Below are positions 25,724-39,377 of a DNA stretch of 64,000 nucleotides, piece after piece. Under the pieces are notes generated by a model that saw only the letters and a program-made list of their open reading frames with translations, had not been told where the DNA came from and ran no database searches. The stretch's first letter is position 1; each line of letters opens with the position of its first letter. Origin of the DNA: Malacoraja senta. Its lineage: Eukaryota. The stretch spans positions 434,001-498,000 of the forward strand of contig CM075991.1 of NCBI GenBank assembly GCA_038087875.1, written 5' to 3'. A program made the translations under genes and the position numbers.

Positions 25724-25948
25724 CTGACTTGAGGTGAGGATGAGTACAGCATGAAGCAGGTTCTTCTCCAGCTGAGTGCCTTTGTCCTTGGGACTTTTAT
25801 CTGCCACAGGTTGGTCAGTGTGCGATGGGCTGGCCCCTGCAGCCAAACTCAATCTTGATGCGTGAGTAGAATCAGCTTCCTGCTGCTCAACTTCACTCTT
25901 TTCAGAGGAACATGACAATGATCTTTGGGATTCAGCAAAATTCTTCTT
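25724..25948 (-). CDS. FHIP2B: FHIP2B-like exon 6 (low-complexity linker ending NLLHAVLILTSSQ)
   Basis: cttgcag acceptor, gtatgt donor, 225 nt, phase 0/0. The C-terminal end resembles the FHIP2 NL...L..L..S motif. Confidence 0.82.
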
Positions 25949-26044
25949 CTGCAAGAGCAATTCATTAGAAAGAAGCATCAGCATAACTAAATAAAAAGAA
26001 TGTCTTCATTTCAATAAACTCAACAATACTCTCAATCCTTCAAG

Positions 26045-26340
26045 TGGGAGGCACAGTGGAGCAGAGTTGCTGCCTGACAATGCCAGAGACCCGGGTTCGA
26101 TACTGACCTTGGGTGCTGTCTGTATGGAGATTGTACCTTCTCCCTGTGATTGCGTAGATTTTCTCCGGGTGCTCCGGTTTCCTCCCACACTCCAAAGATG
26201 TACAGGTTTGAAGGCTTTGGTAAAAATTGTACATTGTCCTTAGTCTGTAGGATAGTGCTAGTGCATAGGGTGCTCGCTGGTCGGTGCAGACTCGGTGGGC
26301 AAAGGGCCTGTTTCTGCACTTTATCTCTAAATTCTAAAGT
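26045..26340 (+). mobile_element. HE1-like V-SINE
   Basis: Head, V-domain and tail present. Confidence 0.87.
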
Positions 26341-26483
26341 CGTCGAAAGTCGAAAGAGCCTTTCCTGGTCCACAGCAGTCATTGGTCACAATGTGGTTTA
26401 CCTCACAAATGCAGATTGGGTGATTGCTTTCCAGAGCTCCTAGTTCAGACCACAGGAGTGACCCCAAGCTTACAGCTGCCTCT

Positions 26484-27172
26484 CAATAGACAATAGACAA
26501 TAGGTGCAGGATTAGGCCATTCGGCCCTTTGAGCCAGCACCACCATTCAATGTGATAATGGCTGATCATCTCCAATCAGTACCCCGTTCCTGCCTTCTCC
26601 CCATATCCCCTGACTTGTTACCTTTAAGAGCCCTATCTAGCTTTCTCTTGAAAGTATCCAGAGTACCGGTCTCTACCGCCCTCTGAGGCAGAGAATTCCA
26701 CAGACTCACAACTCTCTGTGTGAAAAAGTGTTTCCTCATCTCCATTCTAAATGGCTTACCCCTTATTCTTAAACTGTGGCCCCTGGTTCTGGACTCCCCC
26801 AACATCGGGAACATGTTTCCTGCCTCTAACGTGTCCAAACCCTTAATAATCTTATATGTTTCAATAAGATTCCCTCTCATCCTTCTAAATTCCAGAGTAT
26901 ACAAGCCCAGCCGCTCCATTCTCTCAGCATATGACTGTCCTGCCATCCCGGGAATTAACCTTGTAAACCTACGCTGCACTCACTCAATAGCAAGAATGTC
27001 CTTCCTCAAATTAGGGGACTAAAACTGCACACAATACTCCAAGTGTGGTCTCACTAGGGCTCTGTAGAACTGCAGAAGGACCTCTTTGCTCCTATACTCC
27101 TCCTCTTGTTATGAAGGCCAACATGCCATTTGCTTTCTTCACTGCCTGCTGTACCTGCATGCTTACTTTCAT
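26484..27172 (-). mobile_element. CR1 3' fragment
   Basis: ORF 26566-26979 and a (caataga)n tail. Confidence 0.9.
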
Positions 27173-27174
27173 TG

Positions 27175-28030
27175 ATGGAGCGAGAGGGAAAGCAAGGGCT
27201 ACTTGAAGTTAGAGAAGTCAATGTTCATACCGCTGGGTTGTAAGCTACCCAAGAGAAATATGAGGTGCTGTTCCTCCAATTTGCATTGGGCCTCACTCTG
27301 CCAATGGAGGAGGTCCAGGACAGAAAGGTCAGTGTGGGAATGGGAGGGGGAGTGTTGAGCAACCAGGAGATCAGGTGGGTTTAGGCGGACCGAGTGGGTG
27401 TTCAGCGAAACGATCAGCGAGCCTGCGCTTGGTGTCGGACAGCAGTCCGCACCTGGAACAGTGGATACAGTTATTGAGGTTGGAGGAGGTGCAAGTGCTT
27501 CACCTGAAAAGGCTGTTAGGTCCTTGGACGGAGTCGATGGGGGAAGTAAAGGGACAGGTGTTGCATCTCCTGCGGTTGCTGGGGAAAGTACTCGGGGAGA
27601 GGGTGGTTTGGGTGGGAAGGGACAAGTTGACCAGGGAGTTGCGAAGGGAATGGTCTCTGCGGAAAGCAGAAAGGGGTGGAGATGGGAAGATGTGGCCAGT
27701 AGTGGGATCCCGTTGGAGGTGGCGAAAGTGTTGGAGGATAATATGCTGTATGCGACGGCTGATGGGGTGGAAGGTGAGGACAAGGGGGACTCTGTCCTTG
27801 TTACGAATGGGGGGAGGGGGAGCAAGAGCGAGGCTGCAGGATATCGAAGCAACCCGGAGGGCCTCATCTATAATGGAAGAGGGGAACCCCCGTTCCCAAA
27901 AGAATGAGGACATCTCCGATGACCTGGTATGGAACACCTCATCCTGGGCGCAGTTGCGGCATAGACGGAGGAATTGGGAGTAAGGGATAGAGTCTTTACA
28001 GGAAGCAAGGTGGGAAGGTGACTACACGTC
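27175..28030 (-). mobile_element. Penelope-like element fragment, same family as 17943-19090
   Basis: Reverse-complement similarity; encodes NKDRVPLVLTFHP and KLEEQHLIF.LGSLQPSGMNIDFSNFK. Confidence 0.88.
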
Positions 28031-28559
28031 TTTTACTTAGAACCTGATGGATTAATTTGTTCTTTATCTTTCTACATCACTGTCTATATCTCTTGTTTCC
28101 CTTTTTCCTGACTAGTCTGAAGAAGGGTCTCGACCCAGAACGTCACCCAATCCTTCTCTCCAGAGATACTGCCTGTCCCGCTGAGTTTCTGCAGCATTTT
28201 GTGTCTATCTTTGAAGAATTGTACCTCGTCTTCCATCTCGGCAAGTTGAAGCCCTCAGGACTCAATATAAACTTGTCCAACTTTAAGTTTAGAAACAGTG
28301 AGGAAACAGGCCATTTGTCCCACTGAGTCTGTGCCGACCAGTGATCCCCATTACACTAGCACACACTGCACACTAGGGACAATTCACAATTTTTACTAAT
28401 GCCAGTTAACGTACAATCCTGTATGTTTGGAGTCTGGGAGGAAACCGGAGCTCCTGGGGAAACCCCACGCAGGTCACGGGGAGATCGTAAAACCAGGATC
28501 GAACCCGGGTCTCTGACGATGTAAGGCAGCAACTCTTGCACTGTGCCACCAAATTGCCC

Positions 28560-28560
<1 letters not shown>

Positions 28561-28590
<30 letters not shown>

Positions 28591-28610
28591 CGTGCGTGTG
28601 TGCGTGTGTA
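28561..28610 (+). repeat. (TG)n/(TGCG)n microsatellite
   Basis: Direct observation. Confidence 0.95.
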
Positions 28611-29799
28611 CAAACAACAATTAAAATACACAAACATAGTCCCCACTACCATAACTTTTGCAGTGGAGTATCCTGCATTTGGGGACATGGCAGGCATCAG
28701 CATACCTCAAGCATTGGGAACACCTTGCCTGGGAGAGCGGCAGCAGTGATCAGCAACAGTCCGCTGCCAGGTTAGTATGCCCACTCTTTCATTCTGCTTC
28801 AATCACAACTGGCCACTTCTGCACGTCAACAACCTGACTCAGGTTGTCTATTTCTATCTGTCGTCTGGCCTGCTGGGCAGGTGCTGTCTCCCTCCCATGA
28901 ACAACACGTTACACCGAGAGGCAAAATCTCAACCTAGCCGCTACTTACCTGCTATGTTCATTTCTTCTCATCCAGTCAGAGATATTCCATTTGTCCTACC
29001 CTTCCTTCCCGACTTCCTCTGCTGCTCAACGCTGATGTTCTCTCTTGTTCCCCTTATCACTAAACAGTTTGAAGAAGGGTCTCGACCCGAAACATCTCTC
29101 CAGAGATGTTGCCTGTCCCGCTGAGTTACTGCAGCTTTTTGTGTCTATCTTCTTGTTCTCTCTCTGACAGCTATGATGAAGGGTCCTATCGCCGAATACC
29201 CTCTTGATTTTAATGAAAATCCTTTGGAATTTCTGAAGCATTTTACTGTTTCTATCCACAGTGGTTGTTTCCAATATGTTGTTTTAGTTCATATTTCTAG
29301 CACCTACAGTTTAGTATATTGTGACCGGTCTATAACCCAACGGAAACACAGGGAGATTGCAGTCATTGCTGGACTGAAATCTCACATCTGTGCACAAAAT
29401 CATGAGAGGAATAGATCGGGTAGATGCAGAGAGTCTCTTGCCCAGAGTAGGTGAATCGAGGACCAGAGGACATAGGTTTAAGGTGAAGGGGAAAAGATTT
29501 AATAGGAATCTAAGGGGTAACCTTTTCACACAAAGGGTGGTGTTTGTATGGAACAAGCTGCCAGAGAGAGATAGTTGAGGCAGGGTGTCTCCCATGTTTA
29601 AGAAACAGTTAGACAAGTACATGGATTGGACAGGTTTAGACGGATATGGACCAAACGCAGGCAGGTGGTACAAGTGCAGTTGGGCCGAATTGCTGTTTCC
29701 ACACTGTATCACTGTGTGACTTCACAGCCCCTGGAATGTTATGTAGGAGATACTCACAGGCATTTTCATACTGACTGAAGTGGAAGGTGAAAGCAGGGC

Positions 29800-31545
29800 A
29801 GGGAAGCCAAAAGAGATGGGGGAGATATTGAACAATTTCTTTTCTTCGGTATTTACCAAGGATATGGAATTATGTGAGGTAAGGGGAACAAGCAGAGTAG
29901 CAATGGAAACTATAAGATTCAAAGAAGAGGAGGTGCGGACACTTTTGAAAAATATGAAAACGGATAAGTCTCCAGGTCCTGACAGGATATTCCCTAGGAC
30001 ATTGAGGGAAGTTAGTGTAGAAATAGCAGGGGTATGACAGAAATATTTCAAATGTCATTAGAAACGGGAATAGTGCCGGATTGGCATACTGCGCATGTTG
30101 TTCCGTTGTTTAAAAAGGGTTCTAAGAGTAAACCTAGCAATTATAGACCTGTTAGTTTGACGTCAGTGGTGGGCAAATTAATCAAAAGGATACTTAGAGA
30201 TAATATATATAAGCATCTGGATAAGCAGGGTATGATTAGGAACAGTCAACATGGATTTGTGCCTGGAAGGTCATGTTTGACTAATCTTCTTGAATTTTTC
30301 GAAGAGGTTACTAGGGAAATTGATGAGGGTAAAGCAGTGGATGTTGTCTATATGGACTTCAGTAAGGCCTTTGACAAGGTTCCTCATGGAAGGTTGGTTA
30401 AGAAGATTCAATTGTTGGGTATTAATGGTGGAGTAGCAAGATGGATTCAACAGTGGCTGAATGGGAGATGCCAGAGAGTAATGGTGGATGGCTGTTTGTC
30501 AGGTTGGAGGCCGGTGACTAGTGGGGTGCCTCAGGGGTCTGTGTTGGGTCCACTGTTGTTTGTCATGTACATCAATGATCTGGATGATGGTGTGGAAAAT
30601 TGGATTAGTAAGTATGCAGATGATACTAAGATAGGTGGTGTTGTGGATAATTAAGTAGATTTTCAAAGTCTACAGAGAGATTTAGGCCATTTGGAAGAGT
30701 GGGCTGATAGATGGCAGATGGAGTTTAATGCTGATAAATGTGAGGTGCTACATCTCGGCAGGACAAATCAAAATAGGACGTACATGGTAAATGGTAGCGA
30801 AGTGAGGAATGCAGTTGAACAGAGGGATCTAGGAATAACTGTGCATAGTTCCCTGAAGGTGGAATCTCATGTAGATAGGGTGGTAAAGAAAGCTTTTGGT
30901 GTGCTGGCCTTTATAAATCAGAGCATTGAATATAGAAGTTGGGATGTAATGTTAAAATTGTACAAGGCATTGGTGAGGCCAATTCTGGAGTATAATTTTG
31001 GTCACCTAATTATAGGAAGGATGTCAACAAAATAGAGAGAGTACAGAGGAGATTTACTAGAATGTTGCCTGGGTTTCAGCAACTAAGTTACAGAGAAAGG
31101 TTGAACAAGTTAGGTCTTTATTCTTTGGAGCGCAGAAGGTTAAGAGGGGACTTGATAGAGGTCTTTAAAATTATGAGCGGGTTAGAGTTGACGTGGATAA
31201 GCTTTTCCCATTGAGAGTAGGGAAGATTCAAACAAGGGGACATGACTTGAGAATTAAGGGACATAAGTTTAGGGGTAACATTAGGGGGAACTTCTTTACT
31301 CAGAGAGTGGTAGCTGTGTGGAATGAGCTTCCAGTGGAAGTGGTGGAGGCAGGTTCGTTTTTATCCTTTAAAAATAGATTGGATGGGTATATGGACGGGA
31401 AAGGAATGTAAGGTTATGGTCTGAGTGCAGGTAGATGGGACTAGGGGGAAGTTTAAAAAAAAGTTTTAAAAAGTGTTCGGCACGGACTTGAACGGCCGAG
31501 ATGGTCTGTTTCCGTGCTGGAATGGTTATATATGGTTACATGGTT
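29800..31545 (+). mobile_element. Young 5'-truncated CR1 LINE, same subfamily as 9181-10520
   Basis: [15 protein letters not shown] and YADD with few stops. By eye it is near-identical to 9186-10520. Confidence 0.95.
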
Positions 31546-31876
31546 AAGGTGAGGGTAGGTTCCTCTGCCAAAACATGTGATGGGTCGATGGAAGATTTAT
31601 TAGTGAGAATAGGAGAATGCAAAGAAATGTAGAGAATCCCGGAAGGTTACAGTCCCCAAGCATCTTATTCAGTTCGAAGATAGACACAAAATGCCGGAGT
31701 AACATCGGGACAGGCAGCATCTCTGGGGAGAAGGAATGGGTGATGTTTCGGGCGGAGACCTTCTTCAGTCCTTCTCTCCAGAGATGCTGCCTGTCCCGCT
31801 GAGTTCCGCCAGCATTTTGTGTCTATCTTCCATGCATTCATCCTATCTATGCTCCTCGTGATTTTATACACCATGT

Positions 31877-32315
31877 TACATAGATACATAGAAAATAGGT
31901 GCAGGAGTAGGCCATTCGGCCCTTCGAGCCTGCACCGCCATTCAATATGATCATGGCTGATCATCCAACTCAGAATCCTGTACCTGCCTTCTCTCCATAC
32001 CCCCTGATCCCTTTAGCCACAAGGGCCACATCTAACTCCCTCTTAAATATAGCCAATGAACTGGCCTCAACTACCCTCTGTGGCAGAGTTCCAGAGATTC
32101 ACCGCTCTCTGTGTGAAAACGTTTTTTCTCATCTCGGTCTTAAAGGATTTCCCCTTTATCCTTAAGCTGTGACCCCTTGTCCTGGACTTCCCCAACATCG
32201 GGAACAATCTTCCTGCATCTAGCCTGTCCAACCCCATAAGAATTTTGTACGTTTCTATAAGATCCCCTCTCAATCTCCTAAATTCTAGCGAGTATAAGCC
32301 GAGTCTATCCAGTCT
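31877..32315 (-). mobile_element. CR1 3' fragment, same subfamily as 5136-5770
   Basis: RLDRLGLYSLEFRRLRGDLIETYKIL. Confidence 0.9.
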
Positions 32316-32952
32316 TAAGATCCAGGGTGATAAGATCACCCCTTCATCCTGTGCTCCAAGGACTGCAAACAGCATCCCAACTACAAAAGGTGGCCCTCCT
32401 GGTTTCAGCCTCAGGCCATGTCTGCAATACCAAAAGCGATGTCAATATCAAACTTCAACATAATTTTAGTTAAGTAACCAACAGCCCCCCCGCCCCAATG
32501 CCCTCCCCTTTTTTATCCCCACCTCGGCCTTGGTTGAGGAATTAACTGGATGAGCACCTATTTGTCCCATTATCCTGCCTCCCTTCCCCCTTCCTCCTAT
32601 ATCCCTTCCTCTGGCTTTACAGTTTGCATCTCTTTTCTCCTTAGCTCACAGCCACTTGTCTATTCCCATCTCTGACTTTAACTGCCATTTAAACTCACCT
32701 TACCTGTATCCACCTGTCACTTGCCTGCATTTGTCCCGACCCCACCTCTCTTCCAGCTTTCTCCCCATTACCACAATCAGTCTGAAGAAGTATCATGTTC
32801 ATGTTCTCCAGAGATGCTGCTTGACCTGCTGAGTTACTCCAGTGTTTTTTTTCCATGTCATAATTCCAGTCCGACACACCCAAACTCTAAGACGTATTGG
32901 ATGCAGATAGACAGTGATGTGACAAACAGATGGCTGCAGCAACTCAACCTAC

Positions 32953-33075
32953 CTCTATGAAGAAGTTCATCAGGTAAGGATCCTGTTTTATTTTCACACA
33001 GACTGTGGTTAGAAACTGCGCTTCTTCTTTTTCCGTATTGGATGCCGGGTCCCCGCCACACAAACAGATCAACTT
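32953..33075 (-). CDS. FHIP2B: FHIP2B-like exon 5: [41 protein letters not shown]
   Basis: Translated by hand. ccgctag acceptor, gtaggt donor, 123 nt. Contains the TE.EE.QF...C.K..QDP motif. Confidence 0.92.
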
Positions 33076-34550
33076 CTAGCGGAACCAACGGAGAGCAAAC
33101 AGGCAGATTAGCCACGTGACGCATCGCTAGAGTCTCCATTTAAAACTTTACACCAACGTAAATTTTAACTAGATTGTGTAACGTTCAGAAATTATAACGT
33201 AAAGAGGAAACTGGAAAGCAGTAGGTGTCAAGGTACTCCTGCTGCTTTAAACACAAGATAGACACAAAATGCTGGAGGCACTCAGCGGGACAGGCAGCAA
33301 CTTTTTAGAGAAGGAATACGTGAAGTTCTCGACCCGAAACGTCACTCATTCCTTCTCTCCAGCATTTTGTGACTATCTTCGAGTTAAGGTACCTGTTCAC
33401 TGAGATTGCTGGCAGCTCGCGTTTTCTGCGGGGTTACGTGCTTGAACAGCAGTGCGTAATTCAAAAACACGTTAAATAAACACATACGCGACTACGATGT
33501 CAGCAGTAAATTTGTGCGCTTTATTCCAAATATACGAGCACATAAATCTAGCTTTGGCATTAAAGGAACAAGTGCGGTATTTTATAAAGACATAAATCAA
33601 ACACGTGTAAAGTGTGAGGGGCCCGTAACTGGGTCAATTATGCTGCGGATGGAAATCACAAAACTCCGCGCTGTACACGGGAAGCAACCAGTCGTAGAAC
33701 ATGGTCAATACCTGCTCTGGACCATCCTCTTGTACATGAGGTGCTGAGCAGCTTCCCAACAACCATCACGCTATTGAACAATGACTGCCTTGGTTACACT
33801 GGGCTTTTGGTTTGTTTTGCACTAACATTGTTTTCTTTATGATTGTTATCTGCTGAGTACTGCGTTTACAGATCTATTATGCGGCTGCAAGTAAGAACTT
33901 TGTTATTCCACTTTGGTCCATATGACAATAAAACACTCTTGACTCTTGAGTCTGACATGGCTGGGCACGATGGAAATGCCAGGAGCCATTCCGAGTACAC
34001 ACTTAGACAGTGCAGTCGAACACGTTGTAGACACTCCTTGTCCAAATGGGGTGGAACAGCACCTCATATTTGGCTGGGTAGCTTGCACCGTAGCGGTATG
34101 AACATTGACTTCTCTAACTTCAAGTAGCCCTTGTTTTCCCCCTCTCTCCCCATCCCCTCCCCCTTCTCAGCTCTCCTACCAGTCTTACTGTCTCCGACTA
34201 CATTTTATCTATGTACCGCCCACTCCGCTGAGAACAAGGGTCTCAATCTAAAATGTCACCCATACCTTCTCTCCAGAGATACTGCCTGTCCTGCTGAGAT
34301 ACTCCAGCATTTTGTGTCGATCAAGGATTATGGGATTAGGAGGCAGAGATCAGCCATGATTGAATGGGAGAGTAGATTTGGTGGGCCAAATGGCCTAATT
34401 CTACTACTATAACACATGAACTTGTGACACCCACTGCCCAAAGCCTCACAGAGCAGTGATGGAGAATGCAAGCTGCATGTCAGTGCGAGGGAGAAAATGG
34501 GTAAAAGACGGTGAAAGTGCTTGGCTAGTGGGGGAATGGACGATACTCAC

Positions 34551-34655
34551 CTGCACTGGGCGGTGCACGTTGACATGAGGCAGCAGCGGCTGCTGAATCT
34601 GCCCAAGGAGTTTGGTGACCAGGACCAATACCTGCTGTTTCATACCGGGGGGATA
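34551..34655 (-). CDS. FHIP2B: FHIP2B-like exon 4: [35 protein letters not shown]
   Basis: ttcacag acceptor, gtgagt donor, 105 nt. Contains the PPGM.QQV...VHRPVQ motif. Confidence 0.93.
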
Positions 34656-34819
34656 CTGTGAACAAGGAGACAGAGGGCAGAGATCAGCTCGGCCCACACC
34701 TGAACCAACTCCCAATGTTCCCTGGCAACCCAACCTCTACCCAATAACCCGCTCACTCTCTGTACCACACTCTAGACAGCCCAGTCCAACCCATCTCCAT
34801 CTCTCCCTTCCCTTCACAC

Positions 34820-35135
34820 CAGTGGCGCAGCTGGTAGAGTCACTGCCTCACAGCACCAGAGACCCATGTTCAAGCCTGACCTCAGGTGCTGTCTGTGTGG
34901 AGTTTGATGTTTTCCCTGTGACCACACGGATTTACTCTGGGTACTCCGGTTTTCTCCCACCTCCAAAGATGTGCGTGTTTGCTGTTTTAATGGCCTCTGT
35001 AAACTACCCCCAGTGTTTCAGGAGTGGATATGAAAGTGGGATAACATAGAACTAGTGTGAACAGGTGATCGATGGTCGGCGTACACTCGGTGGCCCAATG
35101 GGCCAGTTTCCATGTTGTATCTCAAAACTAAACTT
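34820..35135 (+). mobile_element. HE1-like V-SINE (older subfamily)
   Basis: Head, V-domain and tail present. Confidence 0.82.
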
Positions 35136-35324
35136 TTCCACATCAAACCTCACTAACCACTGAGCATTTATACCATTCCCCTTTGCTCATCTCATTACCT
35201 CCCAGCTCCACATACTTACTCCCAAAATTCACCCATTCCATACATTCCCAGCAAAACCTCTCGTCAGCACTACCCCTCCACACCAGTTGCTTCCTCTTAT
35301 CCTCCATGCCTGTATGTTCTGTCA

Positions 35325-35639
<315 letters not shown>

Positions 35640-36876
35640 TCACTTCCAAGATGAAGGACTTCCCATCTCTGATCTCACCGTGACAATGACACACAGTAAA
35701 CACTGAAGCAGTCAGCACACGTACTGAAACTACACAGCACACTGATCCAAACCTGGTGAAACCAGTTACTGATTCATAATATCTATTCCTTAACCCAATG
35801 GTATCAACATAACTCTCATTTCAGGTAACACTCCTCGGGTAATATTGGCAATTTGCACAATCCTCTGGCTTCCCACTAATATTTACTATGTTATACGCCT
35901 TCTCTCTTAGTTTTATACTGTCCTGACTTCCCTTGACAGCCGCTGTTGCGTCTTTCTCCCACTAGAATCTTTCTTCCTCTTTGGAATGAAAAGATCCTGC
36001 ATCTTTCGGATAATTCTTTCCTTATTCCTGCCTCTCTTCCCTGTGTCCCACCTGGGTGTGTATCCGTTTCACTCACTAGCTTGCTCCCCTCTTTCCCCTC
36101 CCCCCTACATCCCTTCTTCTAAATTCACATTTCACTCCTCTCTTATCTTACACCCTGTCTCCTTTTCATCTCTGGCCTTTGTCTAACCATCTGCCTATCA
36201 AACCACCTCCCCCCACCACATCTGTATCCACCTACCACTTATCATGCCCCATCTCTTTTTGAGCCTTCTCCCCCTACTTTAACCAGTCTAAAAAAGGGAC
36301 CTATCTTGAAATATTGCCTGTCCATGTTCTCCAGAGATGCTGCCTGACCCGCTGAGTTACTCCAGCATTTTGTGTTTTTTTCTGTAAAGTGCATGCGAGG
36401 GTTTTGTGAAACGGTTTGTAGAGAGTTCAACTTGGTAGAGGGCTGGACATGACTCTATCTTGGGGAATGGTTGTGCAAGTGATAGGAGTGTCCGCAGAGG
36501 GACCCTTTGTCTACAGTGACCATAGTTTGGTGAGCTTCGAGGTAGTTATGAATAATAAAGCTAGTCCTCGAGATAGAGCCCCAAACTGAATGAAGGCAGA
36601 TTTCAATAGCGTAAGGCAGGACCTGGAGGGAGTAGATAAGGGAGTAACTGCTAAAGGGAGATCGACATCCATTAAGTGGGCGGTGTTTAAAAGCGATAGT
36701 AAACATTTCGTCAGTATATCCCTGTAAGAATAAGACGCAAAGATAGTAGGTTTAGGGAACCTAGGCTTATAAAGGATATTGAAGATTTCTAGAGTCAAGA
36801 GCATTTTATTGTCATATGTCCCAGATAGAACAATGAAATTCTTACTTGCAGCAGCACTACAGAATACTATGTATAC

Positions 36877-37227
36877 CTCTTATAGAGGTGTATAAAATCA
36901 TGAGAGGAATAGATCAGGTAGATGCACAGTCTCTTGCCTAGAGTAGGTGAATTGAGGACCAGAGGACATAGGTTTGAGGTGATGGGGAAAAGATTTAATA
37001 GGAATCTGAGGGGTAACTTTTTCACTCAAAGCGTGGTGGGTGTATGGAACAAGCTGCCAGAGGAAGTAGTTGAGGCTGGACTATCCCAACATTTAAGAAA
37101 CAGTTAGACAGGTTTGGGGGGATTTGGACCAAATGCGGGCAGGTGAGACTAGTGTAGCTGGGTCATGTTGGCTGATGTGGCTAAGTTGGGCCGAACGGCC
37201 TGTTTCCACACTGTATCACTCTATGAT
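36877..37227 (+). mobile_element. CR1 3' fragment (similar copy at about 29385-29720)
   Basis: TRGHRF.V.GKRFNRNLRGNFFTQ. Confidence 0.85.
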
Positions 37228-37894
37228 AACACAAAAAATGGTGGAATTATACATAGCAAAGAAGATGATACAGCAGGATGTGGAACAGATGGAAATGTGG
37301 GGGTTGCAGTGACCAATGGAATTTAATCCAAAGAAGTGTGTGTGGTAATGCACTTTGGGAAGTCAAATTCTGATTGGGTATGTATAATAATTGGGAGGGA
37401 TCCTAGGAGTGTGAGTGTATAGAGACGTTGGAGAAGAGTCCATAGCTTGCAGAAAGTGATGATGACACTGGAGGTGAAGAAGGCATTCCATATTCTTGCC
37501 TTCTTTGGCCAAGACTGAGTTTAAGAGATGGATGTTATTTTGCAGCTATACAGCTATAGTGTTTGGACCACACTAGGAATATTATGTACTGTTTTGTTCA
37601 CCGTACCAAGAGAGCAATATAAAGTGTGCAGAAGAGATTCACCAGGATGTCGCCTGGTTTGGAGGACTGTAGTTATAAGGAAAGATAGGGCAGACTGTTT
37701 TTTTTCTCATGTGGGCGGCACAGTGGTGCAGCGGTAGAGTTACTGCCTTACAGCGCTTGCGGCGCCAGAGACCCGGGTTCAATCCCGACTATGGGTGCTG
37801 TCTGTATGTAATTTGTAAGTTCTCCCCGTGACCGCGTGGGTTTTCTCCGAGATCTTCGGTTTCCTCCCACACTCCAAAGATTTACAGGTATGTA

Positions 37895-37980
37895 CAGTGC
37901 CCTCCATAATGTTTGGGACAAAGACCCATCGTTTATTTATTTGCCTCTGTACTCCACAATTTGAGATTTGTAATAGAAAA
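37895..37980 (+). mobile_element. Single Tc1/mariner-like terminus
   Basis: ta|cagtgccctccataatgtttgggaca interrupts a V-SINE. No second end was seen. Confidence 0.6.
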
Positions 37981-38446
37981 CCAATACCAGGCAAATGGGA
38001 CTAGCTTAGATAGGGCATCTTGGTTGACATGGATGAATTGGCCAAAGGGCCTGTTTCCCTGCTGTGTGACTCTATGATTAGGGCAAGGTGCTGAATCTCT
38101 CACAACGTTTGCACAGGATGGTCCTGGAATTTAATGTAACCACACTTCTAAGGCCTGAAGTGCTTCACTCAGTGTAATGGATACAATGAGCACCAGAATG
38201 AGGAGCAGCAGCACGATAATCACCCCCTTCAGCCTCCTCTACCGAACAGTGGCATCAGGACTGATCCAATCGTGGCAATAACACCACGTTTGCAAAAACA
38301 TTTTAAGTTGACAAAAGTCTACTTGTTCTATTGAAGCTCATCTCTCATCTCATGTTCTCACACGGAAGTTATCCCCAAGCTTCCCAACCCTCCCATCATA
38401 TCCCTCCATTCAAGGCTCCCGACTTTCTCAATGGAAAGTTAATCAG

Positions 38447-38757
38447 CGTGGCATGGTGGCGCAGTGGTAGAGTTGCTGCCTCACAGTGCCAGGGACCTGG
38501 GTTGGATCCTGACTGCGGGTGCTTGTCTGTAAGGAGTTTGTACATTCTCCCCATGATCTGTGTGGGTTTTCAGGATCTCTGGTTTCCTCCCACACTCCAA
38601 AGACATAAATGTTTGTAGGTTAATTGGTGTGGTATAATTGTAAATTGCCCCTAATGTGTAGGATCGTGTTAGTGTGCGGGGATCACTGATTGGCACGGAC
38701 TCAGTGGGCCGAAGGTCCAGTTTCCGCGCTCTATTTCTAAACTAAACTAAACTAAAT
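38447..38757 (+). mobile_element. HE1-like V-SINE
   Basis: Head, V-domain and (taaac)n tail. Confidence 0.88.
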
Positions 38758-38805
38758 AGAGCCGTTTTCTCTCATTCCCTGATTCTACCACCAAGGCCCA
38801 CCCTC

Positions 38806-39110
38806 AGTTTAGTTTAGAGATACAGCGCGGAAACAAGCCCTTCGGTCCACCGAGCGCACCAACCAGCGATCCCCGCACATTAACACTATCCCACACACAC
38901 TAGGGGCAATTTTTAATTCATACCAAGCCAATTAACCTACAAACCTGTACGTCTTTGGAATGCGGAAGGAAACCGAAGATCTCGGAGAAAACTCACGCGG
39001 TCACGGGGAGAACGTCCAAACTCCGTACAGACAGCACCCGAGGTCAGGATCGAACCCGTGTCTACTGGTGCTGTAAGGCAGCGACTCTACTGCTGCACCA
39101 CCGTGCCGCC
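38806..39110 (-). mobile_element. HE1-like V-SINE
   Basis: Reverse-complement copy. Confidence 0.88.
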
Positions 39111-39298
39111 CTTGAATATCAGACCAGCCAACTCCTGTGTTCCTCTGAGTCTCCCACTGAAGCCCACCCATCCAACAGCCAGCAGATCAGTGCAGCATCC
39201 AGTTTGCTTCCACACCGGACAGCCCCTCGCCACACATTTCATAGCACCATCCACTAAAAACTCCACAAAGACTATTGAACACAACTCTGCGGCCAGAC

Positions 39299-39377
39299 CT
39301 GTGGTCACAATGTAATAATTGGTGATTCCTTTCCAGTGACCTCTGAAGGACTCCAGCAGCTGAACCGGCTCTTCCTC
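39299..39377 (-). CDS. FHIP2B: FHIP2B (FAM160B2)-like coding exon 2: EEEPVQLLESFRGHWKGITNYYIVTT
   Basis: ttttaaag acceptor, G|gtctgg donor, 79 nt, phase 0 to 1. The HWKGIT.YYI motif is typical of the FHIP2 N-terminus. Confidence 0.88.
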
